Source: an uncultured Alphaproteobacteria bacterium (GTDB lineage Bacteria > Pseudomonadota > Alphaproteobacteria > MPNO01 > UBA830). From it: DNA of 64,000 nucleotides. Every line of letters starts with the position of its first letter. Within the stretch, counting starts at the first letter, position 1. Under the pieces are notes generated by a model that had not been told where the DNA came from, did not search any database, and was given only the letters and a program-made list of their open reading frames with translations. Positions 41,742 through 50,713 of this stretch are shown here, piece after piece. The translations under genes were made by a program, and so were the position numbers. Location of the stretch: the NCBI GenBank assembly GCA_913046035.1, contig CAJWSW010000006.1:6493-70492 (forward strand), read 5' to 3'.

Positions 41742-43603
41742 ATGTAATCCTCGTCACTATCGTCGGGGTCAAAGCTAATAAGTTCAGTCTCGTCGTCTTT
41801 GTATTTGCCAGCGAGGCAATCATGAGGCGTTGTGGGCGTGCGGTCTTCACTTTTTAAACCTGCATCGCGTTCGAGGACGTTACGAACATCGGTCACTTCG
41901 GCGCCTGGAAAAGCATCCAGCGTCTTCTGCACTAGCGGATGAGCAATCGCTGCCGCTCGTTGCTCTGCGGCAGCATCTTCACGCTTTTGTTGAAGAGTTA
42001 ACTCACCCTCCTCTTGGCTAGCTTCGACAAACCACGCGCGCCCGGTCCACTCATTCAGACGACGACTTAGATTTTGCAGGAAATCCCTTGGAGGGCCGTC
42101 GGAAACTCGAATTGATATCTTTCCGATTTCGTACTTAACCATGTGCACATTGTTTACAAGGTAGGCATGCAATAGTGGCTCGCTATTAGCCGAGAACAAA
42201 CCAACCATGTCCTCAAACGACGCGGGGAGATTCAGCTTGTCATCTTTTCCAATATCATCGGGCTCTACTTCGGTTTCAAAAGAAAGCGCAGTTGAGCCGT
42301 CAGTCGTCAACATTTGCTTCGTGGGGGCGGTTTCGGATGTTGGCGCGGGTGTGCCTATTGCCTCTGCAAGCTTGCCGCTACCTTTTGCCTCCGAAGGAGC
42401 ATCCATTTTATGATCAGTAGATGCCGCCATATCTTTTCCGAGCGATGCAATCACCTCGGCAGGCGTTGGCAGATCCGCGGCGTAAGCGATACGGACCAGC
42501 ACCATCTCTGCCGCCTGACAAGCAGATGGAGCAATCCGCAACTCGCTTATGCCCTTAAGAAGGATTTGCCATACGCGCGTCAGCGCCGACATCGGCAAAC
42601 GGGCTGATAAATCGAGTCCGCGTTTAAAATCCAAATCCGACGCCGGCGTCGCTTTAGCCGCGTCCGGAGCAGCTTTAAGACGGGTTAACCAATGAGTTAA
42701 CTCTGCAAGATCTTGCAAAATCGCCTCCGAATCAGCACCAGCTTCAAACATCGAGCCAAATAGCACCAATGCATCGGCTATATCACCGGCCATTAGGTAT
42801 TCGAACAGATCAAAAACCTGCACACGTTCTACGACCCCCAACATTTCCCGGACGGTATCTTCACTGATCTCTGTTTCCGGGCCACTGTGCGCAATTGCTT
42901 GGTCCAGCAGCGACAAACCATCACGTACGGAGCCGTCAGCAGCACGCGCAATGAGGCCAATAGCACCCGGCGCAATATTGGCGTTCTCCTTACTGGACAA
43001 TTCAGTAAAGTGATCCACTAAAACCTGAAATTTTACCCGGCGTAAATCAAACCTCTGGCATCGTGACAGTACCGTAACCGGCACGCGTCGAATTTCCGTG
43101 GTTGCAAAGATAAATTTCACGTGCTCTGGAGGTTCTTCAAGTGTTTTCAGGAGAGCATTGAAAGCATTTCGAGAGAGCATGTGCACTTCGTCAATAATGT
43201 ATACTTTGTAACGCGCTGATACTGGCCGATAGAGCACCCCATCGATAAGTTCGCGGATGTCATCAACACCGGTGCGACTGGCGGCGTCCATCTCCATTAC
43301 ATCGACATGACGGTCCTCAGTGATGGATAGGCAGTTTTCGCAAACACCACATGGAGCGGAAGTCGCCCCGCCGTTTCCATCGGGTCCGATGCAGTTCAAA
43401 GCTTTGGCGATAATTCGTGCAGTGGTCGTTTTCCCAACCCCTCGCACTCCGGTCAGGATGAAAGCATGCGCCAAACGCCCCAATGCGATTGCGTTTGACA
43501 GGGTTTGAACCATCGCCTCCTGGCCAATCAGCGAATCAAAATCGCTCGGCCGGTATTTGCGCGCCAAGACTCGATAAGGTTGGGTGCTGGGGTTATCTGC
43601 CAT
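41738..43603 (-). CDS. dnaX: DNA polymerase III subunit gamma/tau
   Basis: LARKYRP, GVRGVGKTT, IDEVHML, LKTLEEPP, SRCQ; start at MADNP. Confidence 0.97.
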   Translation of the reverse strand: MADNPSTQPYRVLARKYRPSDFDSLIGQEAMVQTLSNAIALGRLAHAFILTGVRGVGKTTTARIIAKALNCIGPDGNGGATSAPCGVCENCLSITEDRHVDVMEMDAASRTGVDDIRELIDGVLYRPVSARYKVYIIDEVHMLSRNAFNALLKTLEEPPEHVKFIFATTEIRRVPVTVLSRCQRFDLRRVKFQVLVDHFTELSSKENANIAPGAIGLIARAADGSVRDGLSLLDQAIAHSGPETEISEDTVREMLGVVERVQVFDLFEYLMAGDIADALVLFGSMFEAGADSEAILQDLAELTHWLTRLKAAPDAAKATPASDLDFKRGLDLSARLPMSALTRVWQILLKGISELRIAPSACQAAEMVLVRIAYAADLPTPAEVIASLGKDMAASTDHKMDAPSEAKGSGKLAEAIGTPAPTSETAPTKQMLTTDGSTALSFETEVEPDDIGKDDKLNLPASFEDMVGLFSANSEPLLHAYLVNNVHMVKYEIGKISIRVSDGPPRDFLQNLSRRLNEWTGRAWFVEASQEEGELTLQQKREDAAAEQRAAAIAHPLVQKTLDAFPGAEVTDVRNVLERDAGLKSEDRTPTTPHDCLAGKYKDDETELISFDPDDSDEDYI

Positions 43604-43680
43604 TTCGAGTTTTTCGGTTCTCCGTAGTGACACGATGCGCAGCGCGCCATGCCTTTTTCTGTGGAAAAGACAATTAAGGG

Positions 43681-43778
43681 TGGGAGCCTGGTGAGGCGAC
43701 CCGGAAAAATCTCGTTACGGCTGCTTCCTTCCGGACCTGACCGGGTTGGCGAGCAATCCGTCCGCCACCAGACTCCCA
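43681..43778 (-). ncRNA. ffs: Signal recognition particle 4.5S RNA
   Basis: Minus strand GGGAGTCTGGTG...GTCAGGTCCGGAAGGAAGCAGC...CACCAGGCTCCC; TATACT -10 at 43784-43789; upstream of dnaX. Confidence 0.96.
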
Positions 43779-43993
43779 TTTGCAGTATATCAGTTCCGAC
43801 GCTTGGACCAAACCCAACTTATCTATTCGCAAATTGAGAGGAGCTGTACGCCAGTTGCTAATATTTACATGACCGATCTCGCATGGCCTGTCGCAGCATT
43901 CTTCCCTGAAACAAGGGGATGAGAATTCGCGATGCATTGGCGAACTCCGAGCATAGATTGCACCGCCTGCAGCGGTGTGCGAGTACTATCGTT

Positions 43994-44905
43994 ATGAAAG
44001 GTGCCAATTATTATGTAGACGGAGGCTTGGACCGAGCATCACACCTCCGGACCGATGAAACATGGGTGGCCTCACAACTCTGCGCAGACCGAACCTGCTT
44101 TATACCTATTTGGAGAACTCGCAATCTCGTCGCCAATCGGAGCGAGCCCCGCGGCGTTATGCTCACGAGAGCAAGGGCCCGGCACTTGCTTGACATTTCA
44201 AGCACCAAAGTTCTGCTCGGCCTCCGCAACAAGATCGCGTATTTCGCTATCGATATATCCGAAGTCGAAAAACAAGAAGTGGAGGATCTTCACGAAAACA
44301 GCGAGCTCGTGGATTTACGATCGGTCGGAGCCGTCATGGAGCGGTCAGAGGCGTCGATATTGGCCTACGCCAAAGGAATAGTCTACTGGCACACTCGCCA
44401 TATTCATTGCGGCGTCTGCGGGAGTCCGACGGAAAGCCGCGATGCCGGACATCTGCGTAAATGTCTGAACCGCGACTGCGGCGCATCCCATTTTCCTCGC
44501 ACCGATCCAGCGGTGATCATGCTAGTTTCAAAGGGCGATCGAGCATTACTGGGCCGTAAAGCGGAATGGGTAGAGGGAATGTACTCGACGCTAGCCGGCT
44601 TTGTTGAGCCGGGGGAAAGCTTGGAGCAGGCAGTGGCTCGAGAGGTTTTGGAAGAATCAGGGGTTAAGATCTCAAACATTCGTTACCACTCATCCCAACC
44701 ATGGCCGTTCCCAGCATCGCTTATGCTCGGTTTCTTCGCCGACGCGGTAACCGAAGATCTAGTGCGGAGCGAGGAGGAGTTGGAGGATTTGCGATGGTTT
44801 ACGAGGCAAGAACTCGCCAACGGCGGTGCAGGAATCGCTATGCGCCCTCGCTCGGATTCTATTGCGCGTCAGTTAATAGACGAATGGATCCGAATGGGAG
44901 ACTAA
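43994..44905 (+). CDS. nudC: NAD(+) diphosphatase
   Basis: CGVCG zinc site, FPRTDP, Nudix box GFVEPGESLEQAVAREVLEESG, SQPWPFP. Confidence 0.95.
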   Translation: MKGANYYVDGGLDRASHLRTDETWVASQLCADRTCFIPIWRTRNLVANRSEPRGVMLTRARARHLLDISSTKVLLGLRNKIAYFAIDISEVEKQEVEDLHENSELVDLRSVGAVMERSEASILAYAKGIVYWHTRHIHCGVCGSPTESRDAGHLRKCLNRDCGASHFPRTDPAVIMLVSKGDRALLGRKAEWVEGMYSTLAGFVEPGESLEQAVAREVLEESGVKISNIRYHSSQPWPFPASLMLGFFADAVTEDLVRSEEELEDLRWFTRQELANGGAGIAMRPRSDSIARQLIDEWIRMGD

Positions 44906-44932
44906 TTGCTCCTTTCCGCCATCCTCCCCAGC

Positions 44933-45808
44933 TTATTTTTTACGAAACCGAAAAGGATCAGCAGGATAGGTACCCAAAACCCTTATTTCATGGGTGAAAA
45001 ATTTTAACTCTTCCAGGGCACGACGAAGTGACGCATCCCGAGGATCACCCTCAACATCGGCGTAGAACTGTGTTGCTACGAAGTCTCCATCAACCATGTA
45101 GCTTTCAAGTTTTGTCATATTGATTCCATTAGTCGCAAAACCGCCCATCGCCTTAAACAGCGCGGCTGGCACGTTACGCACCTGGAAGACAAAGCTTGTG
45201 ACAACAGGATCACCGTTACGTTTTGGACGGACAGGTTTGCGCGACATCACCACAAAGCGTGTGGTGTTATGCTGTGCGTCTTCGACGCTGGCGCGTATAG
45301 ACACCAAACCGTTCACCTCCCCCGCTAGTTCTGACGCGATCGCGGCATCAGTAATGTCGCCTACTGTTGCTATGTCAGCGGCCGCACCGGCGGTATCAGC
45401 ATGCACCACTGGCTCCAATTTGTGTTTCCGAAGAAATTTCCCGCACTGACCTAGCGCCATCACGTGACTGTGCACCCGCCGAATAGTTCTTAGGGTCGCA
45501 CCTTTTGGTGCAAGAAGGTGGTGATTTACTCGGAGGAATCGCTCGCCAATGATATAAAGACCTGAGTCAGGCATGATTTGATGGATATCTGGAACCCGTC
45601 CGGCTACCGAGTTTTCTATCGGGATCATCGCAAGCTTCGCATGGCCTTCTCGCACTGCCTCTAAGGTGTCTTCGAAGCTAGGCGTAGGAAGCGGCGTCAT
45701 CTTTGGAAAATATTTGCGACAAGCAAGGTGCGAATAAGCTCCAAGCTGGCCCTGAAAAACGATCGTGCGAGACGGTGAGGCGGATTGTGATTTTTTTCGA
45801 GCGGCCAT
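44933..45808 (-). CDS. pheA: Prephenate dehydratase
   Basis: FQG..GAYS, PIENS, NTTRF, ACT domain with NMTKLES. Confidence 0.95.
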   Translation of the reverse strand: MAARKKSQSASPSRTIVFQGQLGAYSHLACRKYFPKMTPLPTPSFEDTLEAVREGHAKLAMIPIENSVAGRVPDIHQIMPDSGLYIIGERFLRVNHHLLAPKGATLRTIRRVHSHVMALGQCGKFLRKHKLEPVVHADTAGAAADIATVGDITDAAIASELAGEVNGLVSIRASVEDAQHNTTRFVVMSRKPVRPKRNGDPVVTSFVFQVRNVPAALFKAMGGFATNGINMTKLESYMVDGDFVATQFYADVEGDPRDASLRRALEELKFFTHEIRVLGTYPADPFRFRKK

Positions 45809-45847
45809 GGCCTCGTTCCGTACAAGTCAACTGCGACTCAATAAGTT

Positions 45848-46606
45848 TCAGCGTGGATCGGTAGCAAGTATAGATTTTGCCCGATCAAGGTCCTCGAGAG
45901 TATCGACACCGAGTGGAACGGTGTCAACGACCGCTACATCGATGCGCATGCCATCCTCCAGCGCCCGCAGCTGCTCTAACTGTTCTAACGTCTCTAATCG
46001 ACCTGGCGGCAATGAGACAAATCGGTCAAGTGCTGCGCGCCGAAATGCGTACAAACCGAGGTGATGATATTGCGGGCCATCCGGTGAAGACGGCACCGGT
46101 GCACGGCTGAAATAAAGTGCCCGACCAATCCGCGCTGAGTCCTTTTTCAGAGCAATTACCGCCTTCACAACATTAGGGTCGGTGCGTTCTCGGTCTTGGG
46201 TTATTTGCACGGCCAAGGTCGTGATATCAACCTCTGGGGTGTCGAATGGATCTAGTATCGTAGCAATCAAACGGGGTTCTATTGTTGGCAAATCACCTTG
46301 AACGTTAATGATCACATTATAAATCTTCTCGGGGTCATAGCTTTCGAGCGCCTGATGCACTCTATCCGACCCGCTAGGCAGGTTAGGATTTGTCATGACC
46401 ACTTTACCTCCTGCCGCAGCGACAGCATCCGCTATCGCCTGATCTCCAGCTGCAACTAAGACAGGGCCTATGTTAGCCTCAACTGCACGTCGCCAAACGT
46501 GGACGATCATAGGCTTACCGTGAATATCTGCTAACGGCTTATTCGGAAAGCGTGTCGCAGCAAGCCGCGCAGGAATGACAACAATTGGGTTTAGGGATGT
46601 TTTCAT
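45848..46606 (-). CDS. kdsB: 3-deoxy-manno-octulosonate cytidylyltransferase
   Basis: IPARL..TRFPNKPL, SGSDR, NVQGD, LEQLRALE. Confidence 0.96.
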   Translation of the reverse strand: MKTSLNPIVVIPARLAATRFPNKPLADIHGKPMIVHVWRRAVEANIGPVLVAAGDQAIADAVAAAGGKVVMTNPNLPSGSDRVHQALESYDPEKIYNVIINVQGDLPTIEPRLIATILDPFDTPEVDITTLAVQITQDRERTDPNVVKAVIALKKDSARIGRALYFSRAPVPSSPDGPQYHHLGLYAFRRAALDRFVSLPPGRLETLEQLEQLRALEDGMRIDVAVVDTVPLGVDTLEDLDRAKSILATDPR

Positions 46607-46779
46607 GATTGCAGGTCGATAGAACGAAACCAAATAAATAAGTGCGACATTATACCCCTTGAAGCTCGGTGGAAATGGCGGTCTTTTAACGTGGTAATCA
46701 AACGGTTCATTGTGAAATGTGTCGGTCCGCACAGTTTACCTGTTGGGTTACAATATTCTAATCCGAGCGGAAGCCCCAA

Positions 46780-47817
46780 ATGTCGTCTTTCGAACTTAAC
46801 AAGGTTATTGGTGCACTGCTGCTTGCCGTTTTGACTGTGGTAGTGATCGGCAAGCTGGGCGACAATCTAGTCGCGAGTGATGACAGCCACGACACCAAGC
46901 ACGCTGATAAGAAAGTCGTCACGGCAGCGGCTGTGCCTGCAGTACCGAAAAAACCCGAACCACTCGTGCCAATATTAGGGTTACTTGCGTCTGCGGACGC
47001 TGCTGCAGGGAAAAAAGTTTTTAAGAAATGCGCGTCATGTCACAAAATTGGAAAAGACGCAAAAAATGGTGTCGGTCCCCGAATATGGAACTTGGTAGGA
47101 TCTAATCGTGGCACCGTCCCTGGTTTTGGGTATTCAGATGCGATGAAGTCCAAAAAAGGTAACTGGACATACGAAAGCTTGAATGCTTTCCTTGCCAAAC
47201 CGAAGCGATACATCCCTGGAACCCGGATGCAGTTTGGCGGTGTGAAAAAAGTTTCAGATCGAGCCAACTTGGTTGCCTATCTACGTAGCGCATCGGACAG
47301 CCCAGCACCGTTACCGTCAAAGTCTGAGATTGATGCAGTCATGAAGTCTTTAAACGAAGCAAGGGCTGCTGAGGATTTATCCGTTACACAGAACGCTACA
47401 GAAGCAAAACTCCAAATACAAATCACTCAAAAGCCCGTAGCGTCGCCGATGAAAGCAGAAATGGATCTAGCTAAAATGCTAGCGGCCGCAGATGTTGATA
47501 AAGGGAAGCGCGTTTTCAACAAATGCAAGTCCTGCCACACGGCCGAAAAAGGCGGAAAGAAAAAAATTGGCCCCAACATGTGGGGAATTGTCAATAAACC
47601 CATAGCTTCAACAGATGGCTTCTCCTATTCTTCGGCTCTTAAATCCCTATCCGACAAAAGCTGGAGTTATGAAAATTTAAACGCGTTTCTTTTGAAACCG
47701 CGGGACTTTTCTAAGGGCACAAAAATGACCTTTGCCGGCCTCAAAAAAGAGAGCGACCGGGTAAATGTGATCGCCTATCTACGTAGTCTTAGTGAGAACC
47801 CAGTTCCGCTTCCGTAA
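46780..47817 (+). CDS. Membrane-anchored cytochrome c (CycM/cy-like) with two tandem class I heme domains
   Basis: N-terminal MSSFELNK plus TM anchor; CASCH...GTRM and CKSCH...GTKM; divergent from kdsB. Confidence 0.9.
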   Translation: MSSFELNKVIGALLLAVLTVVVIGKLGDNLVASDDSHDTKHADKKVVTAAAVPAVPKKPEPLVPILGLLASADAAAGKKVFKKCASCHKIGKDAKNGVGPRIWNLVGSNRGTVPGFGYSDAMKSKKGNWTYESLNAFLAKPKRYIPGTRMQFGGVKKVSDRANLVAYLRSASDSPAPLPSKSEIDAVMKSLNEARAAEDLSVTQNATEAKLQIQITQKPVASPMKAEMDLAKMLAAADVDKGKRVFNKCKSCHTAEKGGKKKIGPNMWGIVNKPIASTDGFSYSSALKSLSDKSWSYENLNAFLLKPRDFSKGTKMTFAGLKKESDRVNVIAYLRSLSENPVPLP

Positions 47818-47962
47818 ACATAATTTGATGGCATGCCCAATCGGTTTATGGCGTTCGCTGAATTGTGTGTACTAAAAAAGCACTCCCCACCTATTCCAAT
47901 GCGGAGCTCCGGTTTAAGCTAAAAACCTTTAAAAGAGCCTTGATTCGCGAGAAACTTCTACG

Positions 47963-48742
47963 ATGCTTCCATCGTCCGCATCCAGCCTTATTACGCTTGC
48001 TAACCGACTTGCAGACTCCAGCGGTGCAATTATCCGGCCCTATTTTCGCGAACAAATCCCCGTCGATGTTAAGATAGATGCCTCACCGGTGACAGTCGCC
48101 GACCGCGAGGCGGAAAAGGCAATCAGAACAATATTAATGGAGGCTCGACCACAGGACGGGATTATTGGAGAAGAATTCCAGAACGAAAACACTGACGCCG
48201 AGCATGTTTGGGTGATCGATCCGATTGACGGAACGAAATCTTTTATTTCAGGGCGACCGATATTCGGTACACTAATTGCTCTAACGTGGAATGGAATGCC
48301 GGTGTTAGGCGTCATTGACCAGCCAATAAGCGGCGAACGCTGGATCGGGTTACGAAACCATGGGGCATCGCTCAGCGGCACGCCAATACAAACACGCGAG
48401 TGCTCCTCTCTGGCTGACGCCACTATCGGCACAACAGCACCAGACCTTTTTGATGCCGATGGCCGGCAGAGCTGGCAACGCGCAGCTAAGGCGGCGAGAC
48501 ACGTGGTTTATGGAGGTGATTGCTATACTTATGCTCTAGTCGCGAGTGGACTAGTCGACGCAGTTATTGAATCGGGCCTCCAGGCATACGACTTTGCAGC
48601 ACTCTCTCCCATAATAGAGGAAGCCGGCGGAATCGCTTCTGACTGGGAAGGAAACCCGTTGACGCTCTCTTCAGATGGGCATGTCATCGCCTGCGGCGAT
48701 CGCCGAGTGCACGCAGAACTGCTCGAATTGATTTCCGGTTAA
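47963..48742 (+). CDS. hisN: Histidinol-phosphatase, inositol monophosphatase family
   Basis: SPVTVADR, GEE, WVIDPIDGTKSF, GGDCY, YDFAAL. Confidence 0.85.
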   Translation: MLPSSASSLITLANRLADSSGAIIRPYFREQIPVDVKIDASPVTVADREAEKAIRTILMEARPQDGIIGEEFQNENTDAEHVWVIDPIDGTKSFISGRPIFGTLIALTWNGMPVLGVIDQPISGERWIGLRNHGASLSGTPIQTRECSSLADATIGTTAPDLFDADGRQSWQRAAKAARHVVYGGDCYTYALVASGLVDAVIESGLQAYDFAALSPIIEEAGGIASDWEGNPLTLSSDGHVIACGDRRVHAELLELISG

Positions 48743-48847
48743 TACTACTGGTTCCTTCGGCGTATATACTTTTTATTAAAACACTTGCCCCATCGCGCAA
48801 ATTACCCAGTTTTAGGTGTCTTAATAGATTATTGAGAAACGACCGTC

Positions 48848-50677
48848 ATGAAACTTATAGCGACCACAATCGCCTCCATCCTTATTGCAGTTCCGGCCCT
48901 CGCTGGAGATAAGACGCCAAACGTAAATATTAGCCATGGCCTAACACTACTCGAAAATCTCAAATATCCGCCAGATTTCAGGCACTTTGACTATGTAAAC
49001 CCCAACGCACCGAAGGGCGGTGTATTGAGACGATATAGCATCGGAACCTTTGACAGCTTTAACCCATACATAATCAAGGGTAATCCGACAGGCGCGGTCG
49101 GCATGGTTTTTCAAACCTTGATGGACACCCCGATGGACGAGGTTTCAGCCGGGTACGGTCAAATAGCTGAAAGCGTTGAGGTGGCTAATGATCTGTCTTA
49201 CACCACCTTTAATCTGCGCAAGAGCGCGCGATTCCATGACGGCACGGCGATTACTGCTGACGATGTAATCTGGACATTTAGAGCATTGAAAAAAGATGGT
49301 CGCCCATTTTACCGTTTTTATTACAAGAATATTGCCAGGGCGGTGAAACTTGGTGAACATAAAGTTAAGTTTGAGTTTACTGGCCCTCCTAATCGCGAGC
49401 TGCCACACATTACTGGTCAGTTACCGGTGTTATCCAAAAAGTGGTGGTCAGAGAGAGACTTCTCAAAAACTTTACTCGAACCTCCGATGGGGAGCGGTCC
49501 CTATCGCATCGTCAAATTCGAGGCGGGGCGGTACGTTAAACTGGAGCGGCTCAAAGATTGGTGGGGCGAAAATTTACCAGTAAACCTCGGCCGCAACAAT
49601 TTTGACCACATCCGCATCGATTATTACCGCGATCAGACAGTGGCACTTGAAGCTTTCAAGTCGGGACGTTACGACCTCCGAAGCGAAAATACATCGCTAA
49701 CTTGGGCAACTGGCTACGATTTTCCCGCTCGTCGAGACGGGTACGTCAAATTAGATGAAGTGCAGCATGCCCGACCAACGGGCATGCAGGCATTCGTTTT
49801 CAATACCCGAAAGCCAATCTTCAAAGACCTCGAATTACGGCGTGCCATTGCTTATGCATTCGATTTTGAGTGGTCTAATAAAAACCTATTCTTTGGCCAG
49901 TATGCTCGCACTAAAAGCTTCTTTTCAAATTCAGAGCTTGCAGCGACAAATCTTCCATCGAAGGAGGAGCTTGTTTTTTTGAAACCCTGGCGCGACAAAA
50001 TTCCCGCTCAAGTTTTCACGCAAATCTATGATCCACCTGCCTCTGATGGTTCTGGAAATATACGTCGCAACTTGCGCATGGCGTTGAGAATTTTAAAGGG
50101 CGCTGGCTATAAAATTAAAGAGAATAAAGCGATATCCCCGCGAACGGGAGCTGCGGTCAAATTCGAGATACTGCTCGTTAGTCCTGCCTTTGAGCGCATC
50201 GCTACTCCGTTCGTGAAGAACCTCTCTCGTCTTGGTATCGAGGCGAACATTCGAACTGTTGATCAGTCACAATACATAAATAGAGTTCGGTCGTTCGACT
50301 TTGACATGATCGTGTCCACCTTCGGACAATCAGAGTCCCCTGGCAATGAACAACGAGATTACTGGAGCTCGGCTGCCGCCGAAAGGGCGGGTGGTCGCAA
50401 TGTGATAGGAATCAAGGACCCAGCGATCGACTCTTTAATAGAAAATGTTGTGAACGCTAAAAACAGAAAGTCGTTAATACACGCGACACGAGCACTTGAC
50501 CGGGTTTTGCTATGGAGTCATTTCGTTGTCCCCCAATGGCATGTACGGAAAGATCGCATAGCCTATTGGAATCGCTTCGGCATCCCCAAACACCCCAAAT
50601 ACGGTCCGGACACGATGAGTTGGTGGATAGATCCTGCAATGGACGCAGCACTAAAAAACAGAGGGAAAAAGCGTTAA
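48848..50677 (+). CDS. yejA: Peptide ABC transporter substrate-binding protein, YejA-like (copy 1)
   Basis: Signal peptide; HFDYVNPNAPKGG, FDFEW.NK, SPGNEQR. Confidence 0.88.
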   Translation: MKLIATTIASILIAVPALAGDKTPNVNISHGLTLLENLKYPPDFRHFDYVNPNAPKGGVLRRYSIGTFDSFNPYIIKGNPTGAVGMVFQTLMDTPMDEVSAGYGQIAESVEVANDLSYTTFNLRKSARFHDGTAITADDVIWTFRALKKDGRPFYRFYYKNIARAVKLGEHKVKFEFTGPPNRELPHITGQLPVLSKKWWSERDFSKTLLEPPMGSGPYRIVKFEAGRYVKLERLKDWWGENLPVNLGRNNFDHIRIDYYRDQTVALEAFKSGRYDLRSENTSLTWATGYDFPARRDGYVKLDEVQHARPTGMQAFVFNTRKPIFKDLELRRAIAYAFDFEWSNKNLFFGQYARTKSFFSNSELAATNLPSKEELVFLKPWRDKIPAQVFTQIYDPPASDGSGNIRRNLRMALRILKGAGYKIKENKAISPRTGAAVKFEILLVSPAFERIATPFVKNLSRLGIEANIRTVDQSQYINRVRSFDFDMIVSTFGQSESPGNEQRDYWSSAAAERAGGRNVIGIKDPAIDSLIENVVNAKNRKSLIHATRALDRVLLWSHFVVPQWHVRKDRIAYWNRFGIPKHPKYGPDTMSWWIDPAMDAALKNRGKKR

Positions 50678-50713
50678 CACCCGCGCGTCCGAGCAGCTTA
50701 GTATGTTTTAATT

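Noticed and set aside
42240..42460. Programmed -1 frameshift in dnaX producing gamma
   Set aside because: No A-AAA-AAG or long A-run slippery site seen in the linker region
43528..43937. Short ORFs upstream of dnaX
   Set aside because: They overlap the SRP RNA gene and its promoter, which explain the sequence
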